Source: Octopus sinensis
Lineage: Eukaryota
Assembly (NCBI RefSeq): GCF_006345805.1
Contig: NC_043002.1
Location: 7,006,001-7,070,000, forward strand
DNA length: 64,000 nucleotides
Direction of reading: 5' to 3'
Made by a program: the position numbers and the translations under genes. Positions 38,257-52,476 of this stretch are shown piece by piece. The stretch's first letter is position 1. Each line of letters begins with the position of its first letter. The notes beneath the pieces were generated by a model. The model did no database searches. It had not been told where the DNA came from and saw nothing but the letters and a program-made list of their open reading frames with translations.

Positions 38257-40489
38257 AATCCTTAAAAATTTTTTTTTTTTTTTTATATATCCGAATGTGT
38301 AATAGATATTCAATACATCACTACTTTGAGAATGTAGAACGTTATGAATATGCAAATTAAGGTATATCAAGAATTATGAGTTGCTTGTTAACTTAGGGGT
38401 GGTGTGAATTTATGAGTTCTAGCATATGATCAGGGAAGTGATAGCTTCATCGGAGACGGTGTGAGAAAACGGTTAACCAGTAGTTATTCTAGAGAAGATA
38501 TGAAATAGAGACTAACAGACGTGAGATATGCAGGGATATTGTATCTGCAGTTTCACTTTTAGGCAGAATGTTGACCTTGATATTATTATTATATATGTTA
38601 TCTGTGTTTGCGGATGTGTACGAAAGCGTATGTGTGTGTGTATGAAAAATGTGGGCTTCAATGTGTGTGTGTGTACGTATACATGGGTGTGTGGTTGGGG
38701 GGGGCTATCTGCTATATATGTGTGTATATGAGGCTTATCAGACGTGTAATTGGGCGTGTAGGAATATTTTTGTTCCCTGCTTACGTGTGTATGTGTGTAA
38801 GAGGCTATCGGACTTATGGATGTGAGCATACACGTGTCGTGTGTGACGCTATTGTGTTCCTGTATATTCTATGTATTTGTGCGTACAGGTATGTTGTTGA
38901 ACAAGTGTGTGTCCTGTTTTTGGTCGGTGTGTGTATTGGACAAAGCGTGTGCGTATGAATCTGATGTGCGTTATATACTGTGTATTTTTGCGTACATGTA
39001 TGGGTGTTTGTATGTGTGTATGAAGCTCTCTGACATTATATGTATTTATTTATGAAGATATGTATATATGGATTGATGTAAAATCTATATATCATTAAAT
39101 AGCTTTGCATAACTTTAGAATGTTAGAATATGGTCAGATACATTATCTATCACAATTTGGTCATCATTGGTTAGGAGACGATCCAATTGCATTGATCATA
39201 GATCTAAGGTTTATTAGCGTGTGCCTGGTACATTATATAACTAGCATATAAGAACGATTTGTTCTTAAGATGCTGGCATCGTATAAGCAATTCATCAGGC
39301 TGATAAATACTAATCGATTTAATTTTACTAATATGGAACGCCTCACATAACAGAACTCACACCGCCTATCACAATATCTATATAATCGTGCGTTACATAT
39401 GATGGATCAAGCAATTTTATATGCATTGTAACTATCAGTGAGAGAATGAAGAAATGATAGAGATGTAGATTTGTGGCTATTCTAGATATATACATATACT
39501 TACACACACACACACATACACACGCACACATTTGATAAATGATTCATTGGACTAGATATGGTAAAATTGTTACGGGTTTGTATTTTCCATGTCGTCCTTT
39601 ATTCCCTTCCTTATCATCATCATCTTCTATACAACAAGCAGTATAGCCATCATTGCTTAATAAAGATATTATCTTTGTCAAGATGTATTTTCGAGTAACG
39701 CTTTGAGCAACTTTAATTATGGAACAAAATCGAAGGCAATCGAAATTTTGATATAATGAAATAATTTGGGTGTTATGGAGCGAAATATTTAAAATAATGA
39801 AACAAAGCTATGAAGGGCTTTAAGTTTATACATTAAACTAACACATATGAACATTTATAAAACGTTGAATCTCTACTTTATATATATTGTGGAAGATATC
39901 GTTCAACAGTATTCAAGACAACGTAACGAAGAGGAGAGCTCAAAATAAAAATGTTTAATTTAGCATTTTTTTTTCTTTGAATTCGTTGACCAAACAGAAA
40001 ACCAATTAGTTAAAGAAAATGTAGGCAATGTGGTGAGAGGAAAGAAGAGCCTCATCTTTAGCAGAGAAAGTGGAAACACCGGTTATGTTTCGGTCTCATT
40101 AGCAAAACATGTTGTTGCTAGATCATTAGAAAACAACAAAAAAAAACAAAAAGAGAAAGAAAAAGGACATACGCATATCCACATATGCTTCATACTCAAA
40201 TGTAAATAAAACAATATGCAACTCCGCAGAAAATATTCTAAGGATATCACCCCCATAGAAAATTTTAAAATGGGGTAAGAATTAAGGCAAGGTAACAAGG
40301 TAAGGAACACGATGCGTTTGAAAGAATTAAAACTATACTATGTCTGTATGTATGTATTATGTATATATGTATGGACTACTGGTAATATGTAACTCACTAG
40401 AACCTGTTGCATGGTAAATAAGCATCATGTCTATGGATTTGAAATATTCAGGTGGATTGACATATCGTTATGTTGATATAGGACTCAGA

Positions 40490-40940
40490 TCTTGCCCGCC
40501 TTAGCTGGATTATATTCTGCCACATCGGCAGAAGTTCTAAATCAAAATCGTCTCCAAATGAGCTTTGAATTTTGGTAATTGAGAACCCCACCAAGCATGC
40601 ATAGTGAGGAGGGTGATTTGGACAATATGCGGGACAAGAAAAAACCCGTCAAAGGTGGAAAGAATTCGAGAAATTGAACGACCATTGAACGATGTGCATA
40701 TATGCATGTATACATGTACAGCGTGTAGGTAAACACACAGGATGTAGAAACACTTGGATGTCCAAGGGCAGAGTACACTCACTGGGAATGAGGACCTCTG
40801 GCCTTTGTCAAGGTACCCCTCTAATATAAGTCAAACTAGTATATTAAAATCCACTTGCTCTGGGCATCTTGGTATTGCTAGTGAGAATCGCTGTGGTGTT
40901 GTTCAAACCATATTCGACTTAAAACAATCGCATGAGCATT
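40490..40940 (+). mobile_element. Probable decayed Gypsy/LTR pol (RT-RNase H) fragment
   Basis: LDYIL (cf. YLDDIL), NPSKVERIREIERP (cf. PDPxKVxAIxxMxxP), HWE; heavily frameshifted. Confidence 0.4.
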
Positions 40941-40954
40941 GCTGACACAAGTAT

Positions 40955-41187
40955 CTGTTTCTTTACTGCCCACAAGGGGATAAACACAGAGGGGACAAAC
41001 AAGGACAGATAAACGGATTAAGTCGATTACATCGACCCCAGTGCGTAACTGGTACTTAATTTATCGACCCCGAAAGGATGAAAGGCAAAGTCAACCTCGG
41101 CGGAATTTGAACTCAGAACGTAACGGCAGCCGAAATACGGCTACGCATTTCGCCCGGCGTGCTAACGATTCTGCCAGCTCGCCGCCT
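40955..41187 (-). mobile_element. SINE family B, tandem copy 1
   Basis: Full length. Confidence 0.92.
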
Positions 41188-41200
41188 TTATCTAACTACC

Positions 41201-41424
41201 TATTTCTTTACTACCCACAAGGGGCTAAACAGAGGGGACAATCAAGGACAGACAAACGGATTAAGTCGATTACATCGACCCCAGTGCGTAACTGGTACTT
41301 AATTTATCGACCCCGAAAGGACGAAAGGCAAAGTCGACCTCGGCGGAAATTGAACTCAGAACGTAACGGCAGACGAAATACGGCTACGCATCTCGCCCGG
41401 CGCTAACGGTTCTGCCGTCTCGCC
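41201..41424 (-). mobile_element. SINE family B, tandem copy 2
   Basis: Full length, 13 bp from copy 1. Confidence 0.92.
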
Positions 41425-41901
41425 AGCGATCGTCATGCTCCTCGAACGCATAGACAACCATCATCATGTATGCGTTCATTTATTCATGTTTGCATATTGA
41501 TGTGGAACGGCAAAATTGTTGCGTCCGGTGTATAAACTAACCTCGTAGCTATTCCGTTCTGCTCCAGTTACATCCCTTTATCGCTCAGTCGACTTTGCCT
41601 GTCTTCACTTGAAAGCTGCCTAAAGTAAATAAGAAACAAAGTACAGAAATGGATATCCTCAAATAAAACCGTGAAAAAGATTATGCCTAAGTATGGATGC
41701 CCACCAGTGACTGCAACCAATGAAAGAAGAAAGAAATATGCGTGCGTGTATATGTGTGTGTATGTATATTATATGCATGACTGTATGTGGGTGTATAGGG
41801 ATCCGAAATGAAAAATGTCCGCACAGAATGTTATACCAAACAGTGCGAGAACACCTCCATTGTTTGCAAAGTCAATTTGTACGGTTGTACGAAGCATTCC
41901 A

Positions 41902-41911
41902 AATAATAATG

Positions 41912-41966
<55 letters not shown>

Positions 41967-42357
41967 TAATAATAATATAATAATAATAGTAATAATAATA
42001 ATAATATAATAAAGTAACAACAACAACAACAATAATTAATAATAATAATATAACAACAACAGCAACAACAACAACAATATAATAATAATAATAATAGTAA
42101 TAATAATAATAATGATAATATCATAATAATAATATAATAATATAATAATCATATAAACAACAACAACAATAATAATAATAATAATAGTAACACAACAACA
42201 CAACACCAATAATCTAATAATAATAATAATAATAATAATAGTAATAATAATAATAATGATAATAATAATAATAATAATAATAATGATAATAGTAACAACA
42301 ACAACAACAACAACAACAATAATAATAATAATAATAATAATAACAACAACAGCAACA
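41902..42357. repeat. (AAT)n/(AAC)n compound microsatellite
   Basis: Direct reading. Confidence 0.95.
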
Positions 42358-42649
42358 GTTTATACTATAAAATTTTAATACGATAAACTTGTGGAATGAA
42401 ATAAAAATTTCATCAAAAATTTTTCAGTATATCTTGGATATTTATATATATATACATAAGTTTTTGTTACAACTTATTATTAAATCATCTGTCGGCACAC
42501 CCATTACCAAGTGCTCTCTGGAGAAAAGTTTTGATTTCACTGCCGCCATAACTAGCGTCTGCAACATGGATATAACATGAAAACACATATTTTGATATAT
42601 TCTAAGACATATACATCAATATGTATGTATATATGGTGTTTGGTGTGTG

Positions 42650-42699
<50 letters not shown>

Positions 42700-42987
42700 G
42701 GGAGCGTGAGTGAGTGTGTGTGTGTATATGTGCGTGTGCGTGTATGTAAGTGTGTTTGTATGTTGGCGTGTGTGTGTTTGTATGTTGGCGTGTGTGTATA
42801 CGAATATATGAGTTTAGAGAATCAGAAAAAGTGAAGAAGAGAAAATACTGAATATTACATTCGAATAAATTGAAATTTAGAAAGAATTTTGGGTAATATT
42901 TAACAACAGATATTGTCCACCCGCCATACACAGAACTATATTTGTATGTATTTGTGAATATATACATAAGATATATATATATATATA

Positions 42988-43039
<52 letters not shown>

Positions 43040-43676
43040 TGTATGGTATGTATGTATGTTTATATGTGTACGCATCTGCACACACACATAAGAGCGCGAA
43101 TATATTTGCACTCATTCGTTTCTGGTTTTTTACTTGGCACATCCAGTTCAGCTTCTAGAAAAGTCTACCGAGTGTCTGATCCACCAGTTTAGGATGCCAA
43201 GTATTTTCAAGTATAACCCCCTCCCTCTAATTCGAGGCCTGGACGTAAATATTGATGTCACACGAGAAACGGAACATTCATTTTTGAAGCATGATCTTAA
43301 GAGCTAAAAGCGGTCATATATGTGAATGAGGATGTACGTAATAACAGAGAAACATTTAAATTCTTAAATATATATACACAGCTAACTGATCGATTCAGAG
43401 TGAACATGGTAGTCTGAGAGATCCAATACTAGAAAAAGGAACAAATAGAAAAAAGAAAAGAAAGAACAAAATAATCAAAGAAGGAAGGAAAAAAAAAAAC
43501 GAGTGAAAGAAAAATTATACATATGTATATATATATATATTGTGTGTGTGTGTGTAATGTGTGTACACATATACATACATATACAAACAAAACTTCCCTC
43601 TTGTTACGTTAAATTTCCAATGAATGAGCTTTGGATCTAGGTTTGAAAGAAAACTGTATAATACCACATACACACC

Positions 43677-44183
43677 CATACATACATACATACATACATA
43701 CATACATACATACATACATACATACATACACACATACATGTACATACATACATACAACATACATACATACATACAAATACATACATGCATACATACATAC
43801 ATACATACAGACATACATACATACATACATACATACATACATAAATGCATACATACATACATACATACATGCATACATACATACACACATACATACATAC
43901 ATACACATGCATACATACATACATGCATACATACTACATACATACATACTTACATATATACATACATACATACATATATACATACATACATACATGCATA
44001 TATACATACATACATTCATACATACATATATGCATGCATACATATATACATACATGCATGCATACATACATACATACATGCATGCATACATACATGCATG
44101 CATACATACATAGATACATACATACATGCATACATACATACATACATACATGCATACATACATACATACATGCATACATACAT
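43677..44183. repeat. (CATA)n degenerate array
   Basis: Direct reading; abuts the RTE 3' end. Confidence 0.95.
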
Positions 44184-47100
44184 GGTATTTGTCTACCCTT
44201 TATGCAGTCTGACCACACCTTGTACTTACACCTTAGATGCATCATGGTGTCTAATGTAGCTTTTTAAACCAGTCAATGTATTGAGAATACACCCACATAG
44301 ATTGCATTTATGTTTTGGACCACCATCAGCTGCAGTTAAGTTCTGATGTTTGTGGATCTTAAAATATTTTTCGAAGTCTCCGTTAGAATTGCGGATCTTA
44401 TTTCATACGCAGCATTGAAAGATGTGCATAGATATATAGAGGTAGAGTAGTTAGTGGAGGTTCGCTTGTCATGGGTCTGCAAATGAGATTTGAGCCCAGC
44501 AAAAGAAAGGCATGGTCTGTCACAGACTGTGCACATAAAAAGTTCGCTGCGATTCACCGTCTCGTTGATCGCAACATTCTTGTTTAAATCTCTCTTGAGT
44601 CTTGCATGTGTTATCCTGACCTCCTCAAAAGCTTTCACTCCAATCTACATTTTTGTTTGCCATCCAGCTCGATCCGAAGCAAGGGTTTCTATGGCCTTTG
44701 GGTCCATTCCAAGTGATTTGATGATAGTCCTTATGCAGTCCTTAAAGCTCTTTCTAGATTTACACCGATTGCATTTTCCCTCCAAAGCTCACCACAAAGC
44801 AGTTATTTGGGTGTTTGTTCACCTGTCATTTGAAGTATATATTCAGACCATCCCATTTGATTTTTCAGAATCATTGATTTAATTGAAGTGATGTCTGCAG
44901 ATGCAGGGACTTCTGTGTCCAAGTAAAAGAGACCCATGTAATGTTTATTATCTGGCGAAGGAATTCTTGGTAGAATCCTTCTAAAATTTGAAACGTCTTT
45001 CATAACACGTCCATGTTTCGGAGGAATACAACAGGGATGGTAAGACAAACGATTTGTAAAGAGCCAATTTTGTGTTGTTATTTGTATATCGTTGGCCCCA
45101 AACGTGTGACTGCAAACCACCAAATGTTTGGGCCGCCCTTTGAATTCGCAGATGTATTTTTGTGTCCACCATTTTGTACAGAGATTGTGAGGTAGATAAA
45201 AGAATGAACAACTTACCCATAAGGGAATTTCATCAAGGTTGCAAACAAGCACCACTTGCAAGTTGATACATTACAACTGTTTTTTTATTAATTCATATTC
45301 AAGCCAAAATCATTACAAGCTGAGAGAAATGCAGATACAAGAGATTGCAGGCCTGTTTCAGAGTGACTGACTGGATCGCAAATCTCAGCATATGAAAGTT
45401 CTCTAATGAGTTAAGTTAAAAAAACTTTGTTTTGAATTTTAGTCTGGTCAGATTAAAAACATTCGATATTTTATGCAAATACCCTCCTGGGAGATTTGAA
45501 AAGCGTGTGACAGCACAACAGTAAAGTATATTGCAAAGAGCGTGGGTGCATCAAGGTATCCTTGCTTTACACCTTTTTCCACGGTAAAGGATTAAGAAAG
45601 CCTTTAATTTTAGCCTTTACATCTTGATGCAAAGCCCTGTTTATGTTTACAAAATTTTTCTGGGTAACCTATTTTCCTTAGAATTAGCCACAGAGCATTT
45701 CGATTAACAGTATCGAATGCCTTGCTTAAATCAACAAAGCAGTGGTATAGGACAATTGTCTGCTAGTAAAGTTACCATCAACTGTACCTCTAGAGGAGCG
45801 AAAACCACATTGAGACTCAGACACTATATTTGGAACAATGAAGGTATTTAAACGTTACAACAGAATGCGAGCAAATACCTTTCCAACTACAGGGAAAAGC
45901 AAAATCCCACGAAAACTACTACACAGACCATTTGTCCCTGGTTTATACAAGGAGACTAAGATGGCATCAATCCAGTCTTGAGGCACTTCCTCAGTTCTCC
46001 AACAGTGACATATTAATGTATTTAAGAGTTCAAACAATTAGTCACCCCATATTTCAAGACCTCTGTACAGATTCCATCAAACCCTGGAGACTTATTGTTA
46101 TTCAGCTAATTCACAGCTAGATAAATGTCATTTAGAATTGGTTCAAAAGCCATCTCCTCTATAACTGGAAGGTGTTCGATTTTTTTTCTAAAATCCTCAT
46201 GTCAACGGATGATGGTCTATTCAAAGTGCAGAAAAATGTTCTACTCAGCGCTTACCAATAGAAGCGGTGTCAGTCAAAATCAAATGTCCATCTGCTGGTC
46301 TCACTGGAGGTGTTGAAAGAGATTTGGGGCCATATACCTTCTTAACACAAGAGTACAAAGCCTTGAGATAATTTCCGTCGGCTACTTCTTGCGCCCCTTT
46401 GTTCTTTCATTCCACCATTCCTGTTTAATTTTCCTTAGAGCAGTCAGCACTTTCTCTTTCTGTTTTCCGTAAGCTTCGTTTGAGTTGGGGCTCAAGGACC
46501 GAGAAAGAAGTGCATTACCTAAGTTTTGTTTTTCTTAAAGTAGATCATGAATTTCTGGTGATTTGTCTGAAAATCAGTCTCTGGACTTAGACGATTTAAA
46601 TCCCATTGATGAACTTGCAGCCTGAAATACTTTTGTCTTGAAATCTTCCTATAGATTGTTTGGATCAAGATTGATACTTTCTATAGGATCGTGGAATCTT
46701 TGCAAGCTGGTTGATAATTTAAAGTTTGCAACACTTAACTTTTTGGTTACCTTACGACCAGACTGTCGACTTTTAGGCATTATCGAAAAATACATTTTCC
46801 ATGCACTAGATGATGGTCAGTCTAGCTCTCTGCTCCTCTCATGACCCGAACACTAGCAGCATCTTTTACATCACACTTTCTGATCAGAATATAATCTATG
46901 AGATGCCAGTCCTTAGATCTTGGGTGCTTAAACAGAGTGTTACTAAAAACTAGATTATTCTCAGTACAAAACTTCAAAAGAGTTACTCAATTTTTATCAT
47001 ATCTTTCAATCCCATGTCGGCATATCCTGTTGTGGGCCAACATGGGATTAGAAAATGTAATAAAAAATGGAGTAGCTCTTTCGTTGAAATATCTCAATAT

Positions 47101-47790
47101 GACCAGTTTGTCAGAACTTGGTACTTTCCTCAATAATTGTGCTAGATCATCGTGAAACTGTCCTACAGTTCCATCAGAAATTGTTGGTGCATAAATGCTG
47201 ACAGCAGTAAGAAATCTAACTTTTGTCAGTTTTATACGGCATATGATTCGGTCAGATATACCACTTGGAAATTCTACAATGGAGGATACCAATGAATTCT
47301 TGAGGGCAAACCCAGCACCAGATTCTCTACGCTGACCCTCATGTAGGTCTCTCCAGAGGATAGCATATTCATAAGTAGATTCATTTATTTGACCCTCACC
47401 GGAGAGACGAGTTTCAGAGAGCTCACTAAGGGAATATCGTTTGACATCACATTCAATAAATGCAGTACTCCTTCCTGGCCTCTTTTTGAAATTATCATCT
47501 AGACGCATGCGCAGATTCCAACAGCAAAAATTTCAGAGGATATTTATTCGTTCTTCTTCTTGAAGATGGTTTGACAACGGTGGCAAGATGACGCCTGGGC
47601 CCATCCTGTAACGCACTTGGACACCTGCCGTGCAAAACCTGTTACCGAATCTGTTTGAAACACTTCAGAGTAAGTTGCAAGTGCACTTTCGATGATTTTA
47701 CTAAAATTTAGTGTACAATAGGTACCTCTGTGCAGACGAATAATTTTCTGTAGGTGTAGCTTGCACTGCACTACCTCCACCTATTGGCCC
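44184..47790 (-). mobile_element. Near full-length decayed RTE LINE (APE endonuclease, RT, C2H2 fingers)
   Basis: LSETRLSGEGQ..SGAGFAL..SIYAPT; EVPQDWIDAILVSLYK..FRGILL; SQCGFR; CFVDLSKAFDTVNR; GVKQG..APTLF; CTVCDRPCLSFAGLKSHLQTH; many stops. Confidence 0.92.
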
Positions 47791-47844
47791 AAGAAGAACT
47801 TGATATATTGATATGTATGAAATGTGCGTGTATGTATATATATG

Positions 47845-47890
<46 letters not shown>

Positions 47891-48636
47891 TATATGTATT
47901 TATATATATATATGTATATATATATATGTGTATATATATATATGTATATATATATGTATATATATATATATACATACATGCATACATACTGCATATATAT
48001 ATTATATATATTATTTTATTTTATTTTATAGTTCATATATATAGGAATGTATGAATATATAAAGCAAAACAAAAAGTTTTATGAGCAAATTCTCCTGCTT
48101 TTTTATATTTCTATATGTACTCTGTGACCTATCCAACTATAGAGTGTCCAACCAACCGAATAATATTTAGACTATAATACGAGTCCTCCTCACAGTTTTT
48201 TTTTAATGATTATAAAGGAATACAAACAAAGTATTTAACGTGCAATTTGAATTGCAGTGAATTTGAACTGAGAATGCAATGAGCCACGATGCATTTTTTT
48301 CTGACGTTCAAATGATTCTACTAAACCATCACCCTAATTTCGATAAATAACAGAAAAGAATAGAATATGCACAGGAGTCGATGTGGTTGGCTAAAAGCCT
48401 TGAAATCAAGGCCCTGGGGCCCTGGTATGTCCGCAGTTCATTGACGGAAACTATGAACGAAAAGGAAAGTAAAATAATAATAACTTCGAATCACCCACTA
48501 TTTTACATTCAAGCAATTTTTTGCTTTGAAAGACTGATGTTTTTCTAATCTTTTTCAAAAATAGGATAGGAATTCTAAAGGTTTCTGTTTCTCATCCAGC
48601 TTAAAATTGAATCCATTCAGTTAGAAGCCTTTTAAT

Positions 48637-48802
48637 CTGGAAGCCATCTGCTCGCGATACCAGAAGGCGCACACTCTCCTACCCTGATGTAATCTCCAGG
48701 GATACAGGCATCCAGCAACAAGACCTCCGTAATGCTATGATGGACCGTGAAGTCTGGCGTAACATAGTAAATTCCATTGTCTCGACCACGATCGAACAAT
48801 GA
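48637..48802 (+). mobile_element. RTE-X-like LINE extreme 3' end
   Basis: Matches 12613-12730; ends CGAACAATGATG; duplicate at 50737-50902. Confidence 0.85.
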
Positions 48803-49200
48803 TGTGTGGTAAGTAGCTTGCTAACCAACCACATGGTTCCGGGTTCAGTCCCACTGCGTGGCATCTTGGGCAAGTGTCTTCTGCTATAGCCCCGGGCCGA
48901 TCAATGCCTTGTGAATGGATTTGGTAGACGCAAACTGAAAGAAGCCTGTCGTATATATGTATATATATATATGTATGTGTGTGTGTGTTTGTGTGTCTGT
49001 GTTTGTCCCCCTAGCATTGCTTGACAACCGATGCTGGTGTGTTTACGTCCCCGTCTCATAGCGGTTCGGCAAAAGAGACCGATAGAATAAGTACTGGGCT
49101 TACAAAATAATAAGTCCCGGGGTCGGTTTGCTCGACTAAAAGGCGGTGCTCCAGCATGGCCGCAGTCAAATGACTGAAACAAGTAAAAGAGTAAAAGAGT
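48803..49200 (+). mobile_element. SINE family A fused to the LINE 3' end
   Basis: Lacks the first ~12 nt of the head; duplicate at 50903-51300. Confidence 0.9.
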
Positions 49201-49679
49201 AAGCATTGTTTCCCATTGCGGCTAATCATCATTGGTGGTTTCTTTATTCATTTTGCTCTATCAGTCATTATAAGGGGAATATACATGATGACTCAACCTG
49301 CAAGAAAAGTAATGTCTTCTTACTGTCTTGTTGGGTGGCAAGAGAAGACATTATGTAATTCACTCCGTAAGAAGAACTGTTACGCCTAACATACAATACA
49401 AGGGAGTGCTTCTGATTTGGGATTATGTTGGTTGGAGACAGACCTGGATTAAACAAAAAGAAAGTTATATAAATCAACCATGAAACATCTACATGGTCAT
49501 TCGACCAGCTAAAAATGAAGAACAAATCTCTCCCAAGTCACACGCTACCTTCTTCAGAAAGAACGAAAACAAAGGACAGATATCATATAGTATGTCATAG
49601 CAAAAGGGGATAATGACAGTTAGAAGCCCCTAGGTAAAACTAAGCAACACATTTTAACTATTTTTCTGTTATTGAAATA

Positions 49680-49820
49680 TAAGGTTGTCCCAAAAGTTCG
49701 TAGAAAGTCTTGGAAAATAATGGTCTTTATTTTGAGGAATAATTTTTGTTGTTTTTGTTAGTACTTGGCGAGTAAAAATTCAACTTTCGCAAGTGTTTAC
49801 GAACTTTTGGGACAAACTAA
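49680..49820. mobile_element. mariner-derived MITE (141 bp)
   Basis: TIR T(A/T)AG(G/T)TTGTCCCAAAAGTTCGTA, TA flanks; duplicate at 51781-51921. Confidence 0.85.
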
Positions 49821-50237
49821 TATTTCCTACTAAATTCAAATTATTGAATTCAAATCCAGGAACCATTATATTCTATCGCATTCAGATTTTGTATCAAAGC
49901 GCACTGACCTTGACCTTGACGTAAACAAGGTGTGGGACATGGCGGTGAAAGCAGTAACAATAATAACAAATGTTTCAGGCAGAGAAGACCAAGGGAGTGA
50001 ATTATATTATTAATAATAATAAAGGGTAAAATTAATTAATCAATTAATAATTTTACCAAGTATTTCGGTATGTTAAAAGAACCATTATCGGTAAACTTAT
50101 ACAAAAATTCTATAATTATAAGTATACAGCAGAATTTGCTTCACCACAAACCGAAATTTAGAAATAGTAGTTAAAATGCTATTCTACTACCATAAAATAT
50201 CTCCCAGACAGCAATACTCTACAACTCACAGATAAAG

Positions 50238-50337
50238 NNNNNNNNNNNNNNNNNNNNNNNNNNNNNNNNNNNNNNNNNNNNNNNNNNNNNNNNNNNNNNN
50301 NNNNNNNNNNNNNNNNNNNNNNNNNNNNNNNNNNNNN
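50238..50337. other. Assembly gap (100 N)
   Basis: Direct reading. Confidence 1.
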
Positions 50338-52353
50338 CGTGAAATTTGAATTGCAGTGAATTTGAACTGAGAATGCAATGAGCCACGATGCATTTTTTTC
50401 TGACGTTCAAATGATCTACTAAAAAACTATCACCCTAATTTCGATAAATAACAGAAAAGAATAAAATATGCACTGGAGTCGATGTGGTTGGCTAAAGGCC
50501 TTGAAATTAAGGCCCTGGGGCCCTGGTATGTTTGCAGTTCATTGCGGAAACTATGAACGAAAAGGAAAGTAAAATAATAGTAACTTCGAATCACCCACTA
50601 TTTTACATTCAAGCAATTTTTAGCTTTGAAAGACTGATGTTTTTCTAATCTTTTTCAAAAATAGGATAGGAATTCTAAAGGTTTCTGTTACTCGTCCAGC
50701 TTAAAATTAAATCCATTCAGTTAGAAGCCTTTTAATCTGGAAGCCATCTGCTCGCGATACCAGAGGGTGCACACTCTCCTACCCTGATGTAATCTCCAGA
50801 GATACAAGCATCCAGCAACAGGACCTCCGTAATGCTATGATGGACCGTGAAGTCTGGCGTAACATAGTATATTCCATTGTCTCGACCACGATCGAACAAT
50901 GATGTGTGGTAAGTAGCTTGTTAACCAACCACATGGTTCCGGGTTCAGTCCCACTGCGTGGCATCTTGGGCAAGTGTCTTCTGCTATAGCCCCGGGCCGA
51001 TCAATGCCTTGTGAATGGATTTTGTAGACGCAAACTGAAAGAAGCCTGTCGTATATATTATTATATATATGTATGTGTGTGTGTGTTTGTGTGTCTGTGT
51101 TTGTCCCCCTAGCATTGCTGACAACAACCGATGCTGGTGTGTTTACGTCCCCGTCTCATAGCGGTTCGGCAAAGAGACCCGAATAGAATAAGTACTGGGC
51201 TTACAAAATAATAAGTCCCGGGGTCGGTTTGCTCGACTAAAAGGCGTGCTCCAGCATGGCCGCAGTCAAATGACTGAAACAAGTAAAAGAGTAAAAGAGT
51301 AAGCATTGTTTCCCATTGCGGCTAATCATCATTGGTGGTTTCTTTATTCATTTTGCTCTATCAGTCATTATAAGGGGAATATACATGATGACTCAACCTG
51401 CAAGAAAAGTAATGTCTTCTTACTGTCTTGTTGGGTGGCAAGAGAAGACATTATGTAATTCACTCCGTAAGAAGAACTGTTACGCCTAACATACAATACA
51501 AAGGGAGTGCTTCTGATTTGGGATTATGTTGGTTGGAGACAGACCTGGATTAAACAAAAAGAAAGTTATATAAATCAACCATGAAACATCTACATGGTCA
51601 TTCGACCAGCTAAAAATGAAGAACAAATCTCTCCCAAGTCACACGCTACCTTCTTCAGAAAGAACGAAAACAAAGGACAGATATCATATAGTATGTCATA
51701 GCAAAAGGGGATAATGACAGTTAGAAGCCCCTAGGTAAAACTAAGCAACACATTTTAACTATTTTTCTGTTATTGAAATATAAGGTTGTCCCAAAAGTTC
51801 GTAGAAAGTCTTGGAAAATAATGGTCTTTATTTTGAGGAATAATTTTTGTTGTTTTTGTTAGTACTTGGCGAGTAAAAATTCAACTTTCGCAAGTGTTTA
51901 CGAACTTTTGGGACAAACTAATATTTCCTACTAAATTCAAATTATTGAATTCAAATCCAGGAACCATTATATTCTATCGCGTTCAGATTTTGTATCAAAG
52001 CGCACTGACCTTGACCTTGACGTAAACAAGGTGTGGGACATGGCGGTGAAAGCAGTAACAATAATAACAAATGTTTCAGGCAGAGAAGACCAAGGGAGTG
52101 AATTATATTATTAATAATAATAAAGGGTAAAATTAATTAATCAATTAATAATTTTACCAAGTAGTTCGGTATGTTAAAAGAACCATAATCGGTAAACTTA
52201 TACAAAAATTCTATAATTATGAGCATAATTATAATTAAGGTTCAGCAGAATTTGCTTCACCACAAACCGAAATTTAGAAATAGTAGTTAAAATGCTATTC
52301 TACTACCATAAAATATCTCCCAGACAGCAATACTCTACAACTCACAGATAAAG
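50338..52353 (+). repeat. Gap-flanking duplication, copy 2
   Basis: Starts exactly at the gap; copy 1 ends exactly at the gap. Confidence 0.95.
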
Positions 52354-52476
52354 AGAAAAAAATAACGAATCCACCCGGCTTTGATTAGCTATAAACGCGT
52401 TTCAGGGTTAAAGAGATGTAAAAAGATGTAAAATCATAATTCTACTCACTTATTCAGCAAATTCTGCTGACGACGA

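Larger units (their letters stand above)
48239..50237 (+). repeat. Gap-flanking duplication, copy 1
   Basis: Colinear with 50338-52353, with scattered SNPs and indels. Confidence 0.95.
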
